Origin: Mizuhopecten yessoensis
Lineage: Eukaryota
Direction: 5' to 3'
DNA: 63,865 nucleotides
Assembly (NCBI RefSeq): GCF_002113885.1
Contig: NW_018408919.1
Span: forward strand, 2,400,278-2,464,142
Positions 13,020 through 24,855 of the stretch are shown here, one piece after another. The stretch's first letter is position 1; each line of letters opens with the position of its first letter. Made by a program: the position numbers and the translations under genes. The notes under the pieces were generated by a model. The model was not told where the DNA came from. It searched no databases and saw only the letters and a list, made by a program, of their open reading frames with translations.

Positions 13020-13478
13020 AGTGAGGTAGGTCACCGGTACAGCGATAAGGACAATGTCAGTGACTCCATTATGCAGATACTTCACATTCTTTTCATTTCC
13101 TGGTTGATACTGTGGATACATAAACAAGCATATAAGTCCTTAAAAACGGTAGCAGTTATATTCCCTGTTTAACGTTCAACATTTAGGGAAATGGAAACAA
13201 CTAGTTCACCCGTTTTCAGTATAATGATACCTGGTGGAATGCTAGGATGGTTGTCATCGGCATGGTATTTCAGTGAGATAGCACTGTAAAGTCGGCATCA
13301 GATCCGCGCTATCACAAGGAGGCAAGTACACCAAACATACCCTGTCTCCGGCACACACACAAACATACACACACACACACACACATGCACGTTTATAACA
13401 CACACATGGAGGCACGTCCTTAAATTACCTTAGCTGTTTATAGAACATTAAACTATATAAAACAAAACTAAAATAAAC
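13020..13478 (+). mobile_element. Meta-domain-type tRNA SINE with internal (CA)n
   Basis: ggtatttcagtgagatagcactgtaaagtcggcatcagatccgcgct core and ccttagctgtttatagaacattaaac tail. Reverse-complement copy at 61965-62385; tail fragment at 681-731. Confidence 0.75.
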
Positions 13479-13980
13479 ACAAGGAAACACTTAAATTCGA
13501 GGAGGTAATGAGGTACCCTAGTAAGGAACTCGCTTATATACCTCAGTGATAACACAGAAGGACAAATGTTATACTTAAAATGTATATAATCATATAACCC
13601 TTGGCGAGACCTGATTTCCTATCATCCACGAGTTTCATTCCGCCCTGTGTGTTGACGGTCTATTTTGAGCGTTTGCAAACAAATTATGAAAACATGTAAA
13701 CAATATTTTAGTTTTATTATACACCTACCTCAGACAAAATCACAAAAGAGAATTAAGTAAGAGGACAGCACAACCCCTGACTTAAACCCATTCGGGCGAA
13801 TAAGGACATATTTGAAATATTTATGCTGGTTCGCCGTTATCATGACCTGATTTTAAACTTTGCTAAAGTCAGGTTATGGATATATAAATAGTTACCTACA
13901 CAGCATGATATAACAGAAAACATCAGTCTTGGACCACATCTGTGTCCGCAGAGGCCTTCAAGATTAATAACGAAATTCAT

Positions 13981-15822
13981 TTTGAAAATATGTTCCTGGA
14001 TAAGACGAATGAAGAATTTGAAAATACGTTCCAAAGAGAAATCATAAACCGTGTTAATGAAATTGAAAAACAAGTTCATAATGAGGAAGACATATACCTG
14101 AATGAGTGCATTAACACCTCGGAAATTGCCTTGGTGTCTAGAGGTCTCAAATCTAAAATATCAGGAGTATGGGATGGTATAATATATGAACATATTAAAC
14201 ATGGTGGGAAAACACTTTTTGAATATATCGCCACCTTATTTAATAATGTTATAAAAAATGAATATATTCCAAATGACTGGAAAAAAGGTATTATTATCTA
14301 AACATAACTCTTTTGAGAGAACAACACATGATGTAATAAGTTAAGATCGGGAACGATGTCCCTTGTTCGTTCCGGTGCACATCCTTGTGCTCTCAACCCT
14401 TTATCAGTAGCGAAGCTTATCAAAATTAAAGTTTATCCATCCGCCTTATACAGGTGCGAGATTTGGCAATTGACAAAAACCGAAATAAAAATGTTAGAAA
14501 GAGCACAACATTTTATTGTTAAATCTATTCAAGGGTTTGAAAAAAGAACCAGAACAGACATGTGTACATCCTTACTTGGTTGGACCTCTATTGAGGAATA
14601 TACATGTATAGACATTAGAAAATTATTATTCTTGGGAAGATTGTGTAGAATGAAACCAATGTGTCATGTGTATAATGTTTTTATTACCAGACTCTTTTTG
14701 TTTTAACTAGGTAGACTGTACCAGAACAGATTCATCCCCGACTTAGTCAAAATATTAAAAACAATAAATCGTTGCATCAGAATCTAGATGATTGGAAAAC
14801 CATAGTATATAATTCTGTATTGAAATATGAGGGACACAATCTAAAGGATCGTATGAAAGTTGATAATGATTTTACAATGTTTCGAGAAATACATAACCAA
14901 CTCAAACCTGATACTTTATAGAAGCTAGCGCTTCGAGTTCCTCAATACAGAGAATATATACAATATATAATGACAATAGTTGTAACCATCCCTAGCTTGA
15001 CTACCTAGGAATAATGTGATAAATGACGGTTTTTATATCAAGACACATCTAGTCCTGCAGTGTACTTCCGAGCTGAGGGACCAACTATGGTGCTGTATAA
15101 TTAATATCAAGGATATACTGTTTAGTGTCTATTTACACTCTTTCCCAGATCTTGAGAGATATTACACATGATGATTGGAGGAAATATAACCTACAAAATT
15201 AGTGAAGAAGAGTTGAATGATTTCAGGATAAAATCCATCATTTATGTGTACAAGATGTGTAAACTATATTATACTTTGTGTATATAATAGTTATGATTAA
15301 AAGTTAAATACATACATATCTAATGTAGAATTTTGTATAAGTTATATGCACTTAGCAAAAGGTATCACATGAGATACTATATGAACTATAATACATATTA
15401 AGATGCATGGGAGTACACATGTGTGGGCCCGTAACACCTCGCAGGTGGGGATATCCCCCAGCCTTGTGTGATCCAGACCCACAAATGTATCCTCCGCGTT
15501 TATAGTTTGTATGTTACAATAAATGCCTTTATTGCATGTATTTACAAATACAACGATACATTGATGTCTATACATAGTCATGTATAAGTATTACGTACCA
15601 CGGATCAATACAATTTATTATAATTTACTTGGCTTGTGCAAATCAATATTCAATCAGAATATTAAACCTTTTTAGGTATACTCTAAAATATAGTGTATAT
15701 TTATGTAATGCATATTATGTATTCGTGTATATATGTACCAAATACTTTGTATATATTTTCCACATTACTTTGCAATCTTCATCTTTGGAGTCAATAAAGA
15801 AAATAATAATAATAGTAACAAT
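13981..15822 (+). mobile_element. 5'-truncated, internally deleted non-LTR retrotransposon (RTE/RTEX-like LINE)
   Basis: 13942-14301 encodes the RT N-terminus (GxDGIIYEHIK...LFN...IPNDWKKGIII). 14356-14706 encodes the post-RT region (VYPSALYxCEIW...LERAQ...KSIQG). 3' aataaa plus (aat)n tail; flanking ~66-bp direct repeat. Confidence 0.85.
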
Positions 15823-16344
15823 AGAAAACGTCAGTCTAGGTACCACATCTGTGTCCGCAGAGGCCTTCAAGATTAATGACGAAATTCATGCCTTTTGCTT
15901 TCATATTGTTCTTGAGTTCTGACTAAGTCCTCGTATGGTAGCACTATGAGATCTAGACACAGCATACGACGACATGTTTACCGCAGTGTATTTTTGTCCT
16001 TTTCGCCTTCTGTAATGAGGGCAATTTTCTCATGTCTGCGAATATTAGTACTAAGAATAACATGGATAGATAATAAAAGGAAATAGGCAAAATAAACACA
16101 GGGCAATGATGGAACTTGTCGGTAAAGAGCAATTTTTGACGGGCGAAATTTCTAAGTATAAAGTGTTTGCTCTACTCTGTCTTACTGTATTGAATGATTC
16201 ACATATGAACGTGAACTTTCATTTGTATATGTAGATAAGTGTTGATTGTACATGATTTCTCGGTCATCTCATAACCAATATGGAGATATATCCCTCACCC
16301 TAAATAAGCTTTACGATACAGGAATCGAATATTGTTTTAGTTTG

Positions 16345-16460
16345 TCGTGCAGGAAACGCTATCCTTGCGGAGCGCCTAGAACTTCTTTGATTATTATGAG
16401 GCTTCATCCTGTTGTTCCGTTTGTTTAGTTTTCAACATTTTGTTTTATATTATTTACGGC
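16345..16460 (+). repeat. Dispersed repeat fragment (retroposon-tail-like), related to 58430-58475 on the minus strand
   Basis: ggaaacgctatccttgcggagcgcctaga vs reverse complement ggaaacgcttatctatccggaacgtctaga. Confidence 0.45.
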
Positions 16461-17594
16461 TTCCAGATACAGTTTCAATTTTGTCCTTGTGTACATTATT
16501 TGTGTTATCTAATTATAATTTACTTTCTGTAACGCGGCAATTTTTGATAAATTTTCTGAAACCCATTTTTTATATGTATTCGAGTATACTTATATGTGCT
16601 AAGTCCCTAGCCTTCAGATATACCTGGTTTCATTTCTTTGTACAAAGAGACGAATGTAGTACTATAATGGAGATTCGGGTTTATGGATTTTTAAAGCTTC
16701 TTTGTAATTGTTTACTATAATACGATGACTATATATACGAAACAGATAGCGGTCTGTTTTATCTTGTCTCTCTGTTAGTGTGTATGTGGACACGTGTCCG
16801 GAATTTACATAAACAGTTAAGTACAAAACACCCGTACCAACACTTCAGGACCCGTTATTTACCTTAATGCAAATCAAGGAGTCTGTATATTCAGTATCGA
16901 AATACACTAGCATTACTAGGCAAGGCCAAGCATGAATTGTTGCCCATTGGTTATTTCATGAGGATTTAACACGTGTTTAATTATGGCAGTTTAAGATCGC
17001 AAATGTAATCACACAATTTCCTGTTTTTAAATTCAATTCATTTTTGTATAGAATAAAGACCAGCTTAGATACTGAGCCTCTTTTATTTCTAAAAGAGGAT
17101 ATAATATATGTAATCGCTACAATATGTTTTAAGTTAAACCGATTGATACCGATATAGATATTTACCATTACCCTAAATGGTAGCGGACATATTTTTGTAC
17201 ACACATTTCTAGATCACGTGACGGCATGTATTGTCATGGAAACATGATCATAGTATTTGCTTGCTGATATCGGCATCATTAAATTTTAATTGAATTTTAA
17301 ATTGAAACGTTTTTTTCTAAAACATCTAAATTTTCTTAAGCATGCGTCATAAACAGAGATGATTCATAAATTAGCATAACGATTTGTAATTTCTTATCAC
17401 CTCCATAGTGGAAAAAAAGTTTACTAAAGATGACAATGATAACTGGAAACGTGTATAATAGTTATAACATATGTTTACAGTTTTGCGAGAGATTATTACT
17501 TACAGTTAATGTAAAATATCCTGTCAGATACATTATGTTTAATAGTACTTAACAATTCTTTCTATTATCTTATTAAACGATCAAACAGTTGTAT

Positions 17595-18770
17595 TGGATT
17601 ACTGTACGGTTGAAGCTTGTTAAAATTCTTTAAAATGGTATTTCGTATATATCTTTGATGTACAAGAAACTGTTCTTGTGAAATTCATATGTTTATATTT
17701 ACATTCTGTATGCTTAGACCCATTGACAAAAATTACATTCATAAATGCATAACACAGGTGTTCATAGAATCTCAGCACGTGGGAACTGATAGTAACCTGA
17801 TCACACTGCGTAGTAATACACTACAAAAACTACTCACTCGGAACGACCGACCTAGATGCTTAATTCTTACATCTTAAAATATTATTGAACTGTGCTTTGT
17901 GAAATATCCACGTATTCACGTGTCCTGTGCTACAAATAAACATTGAATATGGAACTACATTTTGTTGTGTTATTGTTGTTGACGGTTGCTAAGATCTCTC
18001 ACGATAGTGTCACATTTCCCCGCGAAAAAACACTGTTCTCGCCACTGCGTTGCACCCGTGTATAAGCAGGAACAAACCCTGTTTATTTGTTTTATTCGTT
18101 GTTATATCGATCCACTGAAAGGATTCGTCAATGTAAATATAAGGAATGATATTTATTTTTTCAACATTTATGAGGTCATAACAACAATGGGTTTTTGGAC
18201 ATATTTTACATGAATCGCTAACGCGATTCATTCAATATGTCCATAAACCCATTGTTGTTATGACCTCATAAATGTTGAAAAAATAAAAATCATTCCTTAA
18301 ATAATAGCAAATCAATTATGAATTTCAGTCGTATTTTTAATTGATTACTTCAACGTTGAGGCTTGTTGAAATCATTGAGATAATTTCTTATATATGTGAT
18401 CAAGGTACATGAAACTGCACCTGTGAAATACATATGCTTCCAATAATTATAATCAATTATGATTGCAGGCTTAGTTTATGACTACTATAACCAATCCCTA
18501 TGGAAATCTGCTTTTATTGATGGACTCTTTTCTCTTAGAAATTATTGTGCCGCTGTATCAACTAATCACAAGCGACGTTACAAATGGCGACGTCATTTCT
18601 TTACGTTATGGGATGATAACATACTTTTTTAAGCCAATGGAAATGCTTGTTACAAGCAAGATTAAATTATTTGATTATGGTAAGGTTGAAGCTTGTTGAA
18701 AATCCTAAAGTTATTTCTAATGTTATGTGATCAAGGTACGTGAAACTGTATTTTGTGACATACATATTCA
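17595..18770 (+). repeat. Three spaced, diverged copies of a ~95-bp motif (~17595-17690, ~18340-18436, ~18670-18767)
   Basis: Shared gattac/gattat..gttgaRgcttgtt.aaa...gtacRNgaaactg....tgtgaMatWcatat. Confidence 0.7.
18140..18299. repeat. 160-bp near-perfect palindrome (4-nt loop taac at 18219-18222)
   Basis: taaggaatgatatttattttttcaacatttatgaggtcataacaacaatgggttt... is mirrored by ...aaacccattgttgttatgacctcataaatgttgaaaaaataaaaatcattcctta. Confidence 0.95.
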
Positions 18771-19418
18771 TGAATTTCATGCGTATTCTTTCTGAAATAA
18801 TATGACCCAATGTATTCCATTCAAAATTTCAGAGCGTATACTATTTAAGAATTGTCAAGTAAACGGAAATGTGTCATACGTAAATAGTACATCCCTAAGG
18901 CTACTGAGTCACTGCAGAGATGATCGTAATGAAATTGAATTGTAAAATTCAAAGATAAGCGTGTAAATGGGTTTCGCCTAACAAAACCAGCTGAAGTTTC
19001 AAAGTACAACAAATGCTACGAGAATATATTTTATAACATTTCATTTATTTTTCAAATATAACAACTCTTATAAGAGATTAATAATTTGTTGATAAATTTC
19101 ATTCAGAAAAATAGAAATTACTTTCTCACACAATATAACATCTTTCACACAAACACACACATATTGAGTCGAAATACAGGGAAGCGTCAGGAGTACGGAC
19201 ATTTTGGTTTGTTAAGAAAATGAATATCAGATTCATCAACAATAATATTAAGTAATAACTAATTAATGACAAATCCGGAAAACGACTGTTCTGGATAAAA
19301 GCAGGATCAGCCGAGTTTCACCGAGTTATTTCTAATCAATTAACTTGTAGTAGACCATGACACTTTAATGTATCTAGGTCACTTATATCAAACTCGATAA
19401 GCTTAATGGTCCGCTTAT

Positions 19419-19606
19419 TACTGTAAACATAGTTATTTTTAGAGTATTCAAATATTAGCGCATGATCGAATTTTAACAGATAAGTCTAACATGAATTGGC
19501 GCAATCAAAATGTATGCATAAATAACTATATGCAGAAACTTCGATTAAGCGCTGTCGCCAAAAGCGCAAAAATAACATTAGCGTTGAAATATGTACTTTT
19601 ACAGAA
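19419..19606. mobile_element. MITE-like element with TACTGTAAA...TTTACAG termini
   Basis: Terminal inverted motif with internal attagcg repeats. Confidence 0.45.
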
Positions 19607-21403
19607 ACAAAATTACATCAATCGGACTTCTTTTCCTGGAATATAACGATTTTAAATTTCAAAAGAAATATAAACTTAGATCACTGCGTCAACACAAAAA
19701 GGATAATTCAAAACCCGACACGGACTTAAAACAGCAATTGAGGGGAAATTTCAACAACAGAACAGAAACCATGAACGATGTGACACCAGTTACCACGGTC
19801 CGCGACTCCCAGCAAACACGGGGATTATCCATTTTGTTTAGATAGTCAATGATCGAAAAGTGAATGTGGCTTTCATTCATATTTAGACAAATAAACGTCA
19901 TCATCTACTGACAGTACACGCTCATTCTGATCTCGTATGTTTAAAAACGAAACGGAATAGTATAACTCATGTGTCCCTTTGTTTAGTAAGACAAACATGT
20001 AAAACATATTTGGAGGGGGTTTCATGATGATCGTTTGAATGTTCGCCCTTATGTATTGATGCTGTGATAAGTTGTTTATATTTTGATTTATCCTAATTTT
20101 TAAAAGCATGTGTGATCGGAATGGGGTTCAAAATGATCACATACATTTGTAGATGAACTAAAAACAAATTCAAATCAAGAAAACATCCTTAATATCATAT
20201 AGATTGATATGACTGGTATAAAAATTAACACACATCCCCCTGAATCTAGTACAACCCGACGAAAACGAGATCAGTTATGAGCGAGATATCAATAACTAAT
20301 ACAGCACTCATAAACAATATTTGGCACAAATTGCGTGAATGTGTATCACTTGTAGACTTGAACACATTGAATACTGCTTTAAAACATCGGGACTGCACCT
20401 TCCATACGAAGACGTCGACAATTGTAAGCACCAATAAGATAATGAAAGATGTCCCATCGTGTTGATATTATACATTGTAACAGTCAGTTTTCTGTTCCTT
20501 GTAATTTGGAAGCACCATGAACAAAATCAATCAGGATTTTCATCTATTAGGAAATTGACAGACGTCATTCCTGTGCCAAGGCCGAGCGTTACATTCTCCT
20601 GTAGAAGTGTTCCTTAAACACACATGCATGATTTCCATGGTAAAGTGAAGCAATGCATATATCACAAACGTTACATGAGTATCAATTCCCTCATTTCTTG
20701 ATTTTCTTTTTGTTCTGAAAAGATCCAAAAAAACAATACATGAAACTTCATATGAAGCGTAGCTAAACATCACTTTTACGCACAATTAAAAATCCTTTCA
20801 CCGAAAAATAGATTAGTTTCGTTCATATATAAACAAATAATAGAAAAAATTAGAAATTAATCACCTATTAAAAATGTATTTGCATAAAAGGCAAACAAAG
20901 TAAATGTTTACTACACCATAGCAATGGCCATTTCGTCTATTTAGAACTTATCAGTGGCACTGAGGTAAAACAACGTGATCGCTACCTTCCACAGTATTTT
21001 GTATCAAGGCGATGTTTGAACTTAATTCTGGTTATGTACAGAGGTTTATTGCATCTCGCATGTCATTATTAGTTATAAGGTGAAATTGCATTCGTATAGT
21101 GATCATACATTTACTTTTGATATCATTGTTCGATAAACGTTAATCGACCTTCGGAAATTTTTACATCCACGTGAAACATTCGATTACTTGAATTAGGGAT
21201 TTTTTTTTATTAAAGACTGAGTAACATATATACCTGTGTGAAAGGGACTGTGCAGTTGACTCGGTAGACTTGGCGTTAGGATAGATAGTGACGGTTTGTC
21301 AGTTTGGCAGGCGTGGTTCGGACGGCAATCTAAAGACATGAAGGGACGTCATTTTTTCGGGGACTGGAAACATATCCGAAACCCTCCTAGAAGGTAAGAG
21401 GCA

Positions 21404-21419
21404 TTTATTAGTTTTTATT
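21404..21419 (-). terminator. Candidate polyadenylation signals (2x AATAAA) downstream of the protocadherin stop
   Basis: tttatt at 21404-21409 and 21414-21419 on the + strand. The true 3' UTR may be much longer. Confidence 0.3.
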
Positions 21420-21717
21420 TTCATTAAACATAATTATCAAATAGATTAAATCTAATTCAGTTTTGATATAAACCTTTAATAAAAAAAAACTACATTTAAA
21501 TCTGTTGGAAAATGCAAGGAATATGCTTGGGTTTTATATATTTAGACAATACATTTAGTTCAGTCTGTTTGCAGATTCGATCAATGACGTCATGTTATTC
21601 ACGATTTTTCCATTGGTTTTCGACAAATGAAATGCTATTGCATGCCATTTTTTGGGTCAAAATGACATCACACCAAAGAGTTATTTCTCTTACCAGTTCT
21701 GGCCCTCAGACCGGATG

Positions 21718-22058
21718 TTATACAATGCATTGTCTACTAGGTCTCACGACGTCAACATAATCGTCCTCGTGATCCAATACGTAACTTCCGGAAGTCGTTG
21801 TACTGTCGTCGTTTCCACTAAGTATAAACGAATTTCCGGTTGGGGACACACCTCCAAATTTAACGGGAGAAAGTCCACCCTGATTGCTTTCGTAATTAAA
21901 AAATCTATCTCCAAACGATAGTGGAGCTAAAGTTGGCTTCATATGATTTAATTGTCCATAATCATGTTCCGGAAGCGGAAATAGTTCCTCACGCTTGCCT
22001 GCGCTTTTTGAACTGCCTCTAGGCGTGTGTTTCCCTCGGGGACTATGCGCCAAGTGAT
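21718..22058 (-). CDS. Pcdh: Protocadherin terminal coding exon (DHLAHSPRG...DDSTTTSGSY...RQCIV*)
   Basis: Acceptor ttctttcttttcattacag| at 22059, phase 1, matching the previous donor (G+AT = Asp). Open to the stop at 21718-21720. Spliced CDS is 3318 nt, i.e. 1105 aa. Confidence 0.87.
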
Positions 22059-23628
22059 CTGTAATGAAAAGAAAGAATAACATTATTAAATACGGTCACT
22101 AACATCATTTGATTTGATACGACAACAGTAATCAATTGGAAACACTTACAACCCATATTGTACCGCTATGTTTTTGCATGTACGTGTACTGTAAATGTTA
22201 AGTCAAAGAATGTGTAGAAAATAAGATATTTATCTTTAAAAGGCTTAAAGGTTTTATTGAGTCATTTGATGGTTTGAAACTGACACTTGTACAAACACGA
22301 ATTATATCAAATTTAGTTCACCTGAGTCAATATATACTAATTTATTATTTTAAATTCCCTTTACAATTCTTTTGATCGGTGATGCGTATATTTCGAAGAT
22401 GATTTTATTTCTTGTATTTTATGTACTTCGCTTTGATACATTAAGAACATTAAACATTAAGTTTCGTTAATGTGACAGCTCTCATCTGCTGCTCTCTAAG
22501 TGTCTGTTAATAACACAAATCACTCCCTTGTAGAGTGTCGTTCCAGGTAAAACTCTACATACAGCCTAACTATTTGATCTCATCGTCTTGTCATGTCGCT
22601 CGTCAAACTTTTAACCGTTAGTGTATAAACTTATGTACATATAATATAAAGACACGTTCAATGTGTATCGGGGCCCAAATATTGAAATATTTGTCAGCTT
22701 AACTTAACTTAACCAAAAATACTAAAATAATGTTTTCTTTGGAAAGAAACTCACAAAACGAAGTTGTAATTTTTTTTTTATCATTAGTTTTGTTTGACTA
22801 TAAATTTAAGCATACGATTTATTTTCTTGTGTATTGAACCATAATTTTACAGATTATAAAATTAATATTAAATATTGTCTAGGTGACTAAACATGACAAG
22901 ATCTGCAAACTTTGCGGGCGCCTCAGGATTATATGAATCAGTGATGGTTTGTTATGGAAGAAGACGGAAGCATCTACATATGTATGTACCTGGTCGACAA
23001 ACTCTCTCACCCTCATCCATCCATCAATCATCGACACTTCACGCAGAACATGTCAAAATTCCAGAAACACTGTCACTCAGCGACAATTTCGTGTAAGAAA
23101 TAACGCCGAACCTTTGCCTCATGAAATGTTTTTTTTTTAATATACCGTCGCGCAATATTTATGAAATATTCATTTTCTGATCTTCATATCTCATTTGAAA
23201 TATGAGAAAATATTCGCCCATCAATTTGAAGTTTTTGTTATATTGTGAAATTCAAACTTCTACATACACGATGATATTTTTTCTTTTATTTAATAAATTA
23301 TGTAAATTATTCCAATTTTCTATCATTACTGATCTTATCAAGCATTCATTTATGAACAATCTTATGTAAAATGATTTACTTTATCATTTTATCTTAATTC
23401 ATATTACAAACTTATCTTCGAAAACGACATATCATTTGCATAATTGAAACAACAATTTCCGTATCACTTCAAGGTATAAATACGGAGGTGTCATTGTATT
23501 CAGTTACATTTAGAAATGTACAAATTTCGAAACCCTAAGTACCTAGCTAATAAACCAATACTTAGAAATAGTAAGAAAGAAAAAAAAGAGTTTATTCTTA
23601 TTTTCAGATTTCTTTTTCCGAAACTTAC

Positions 23629-23776
23629 CGAAGTCTCCCGAATATGATAGGATGCAGCTGGTATTGAGGTCATCATCACTACCGCCACGCCCACTGTCGC
23701 TTGTGTTTGCCTCGCCCGACAGGTCGCTATGGTTATCCGCCTCCTGGTGAGTAATGAGTCCTGACAAGGGAGGTGA
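23629..23776 (-). CDS. Pcdh: Protocadherin cytoplasmic coding exon 3 (SPPLSGLITHQEADNHSDLSGEANTSDSGRGGSDDD...GDF)
   Basis: Acceptor cttttgtcctccag| at 23777 and donor G|gtaagt at 23628. 148 nt, phase 0-1. SDSGRGGSD resembles the CM1-type DSG motif of delta protocadherins. Confidence 0.87.
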
Positions 23777-24472
23777 CTGGAGGACAAAAGCAAGGTCAAT
23801 ATTTATTATGGAAATATAATCACGTTTGAAGTAATTCTGTGAAACTGAACTTGATGACATTCCTCTCCAATATGTTTTATTAGAAATTCTAAAACTTCAA
23901 TTATTATCAATGTAATTAGAGGCTTTCAGACAAATGAAGGTTAATATGTGTCCAAATGCATAAATTTTATTGAATTTGGTCAACCAAATAGAAACATTTT
24001 TGCTATTAGTAAAATAAAAAAATCACAAAGAGCGAATCATTTGAAGGATTAATAATATCCACAATGTCATGAAAACACGACAGCGCGTGACTGCCTTAGA
24101 TGAACCCTTAACAATTGGAGCTAAACAGTACAATGATACTAATATGTTCTACAATGAAGGAGAGAAATTTAACGGACTATTTCTGAAATATTGTTTCATC
24201 AGATGTTCTAAAAAGGTGGGGTCAGCTTTATAACCTAAATGGAAAATGAAAAATCGTCTGTAACTGTGTTCACTGTTAATCAAATAATAATAAATGTGAT
24301 TATACGTTAAAAAAAGCATTTCAGAAATTCCAAATCTAAATAAAAAGTAAAAATGCTTTTCACAAAATGAGTGCGGGTTTAATTGTTAAAATGAATTTGG
24401 TAAGCTGACGTTTCTTTTCTCCTGCCAGTGTATACCCGTATGTGTGTGACAGATGTTGATAAGCTTACGTAC

Positions 24473-24634
24473 CATGTGTGATACGGTTGACCGGTTCTTA
24501 GAGCCGCTGGGCGAGGTCAGCAGAGCGTGATGGAGCTGGAGGCTTGTGAGCTGGTGATGCCGCCTGTCGCCGCTGTCCAGACTTCCCTGTCCACTATCGC
24601 TCTCGTGACCGCGGTCTGGATTCTTCAACGACAC
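24473..24634 (-). CDS. Pcdh: Protocadherin cytoplasmic coding exon 2 (VSLKNPDRGHESDSGQGSLDSGD...VSHM)
   Basis: Acceptor ttttgttttacag| at 24635 and donor ATG|gtacgt at 24472. 162 nt, phase 0-0, matching the upstream phase-0 donor. GC-rich island within AT-rich intron; contains a DSG motif. Confidence 0.85.
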
Positions 24635-24676
24635 CTGTAAAACAAAATTAGCCATATTGTATCAAACAACAACTTC

Positions 24677-24855
24677 AAAATAGGTATTGTATTAAAAATA
24701 TTGTCGACATAAGAATCGTATTTTAAGATGTCGAAATAGACATTGTAATTTACGACATTTTCGAAATAGACATTGTACAATAAAACACTGTCGAAAAAGG
24801 ACATTGTATTACAAAACATTGTCGAAATATACATTGTATTATACGAAACTGTCGA
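24677..24855. repeat. Degenerate ~30-bp minisatellite, ~6 copies (aaatagacattgta...tgtcg)
   Basis: Read directly; ends ~40 nt from the exon-2 acceptor. Confidence 0.8.

Noticed and set aside
21718-21732. C-terminal QCIV as a CaaX prenylation box
   Set aside because: Cys is third from the end, not fourth.
21907-21927. PLSFGD as a WIRS (WAVE-complex-binding) motif
   Set aside because: The position requiring a bulky hydrophobic residue is Pro, so the match is only partial.
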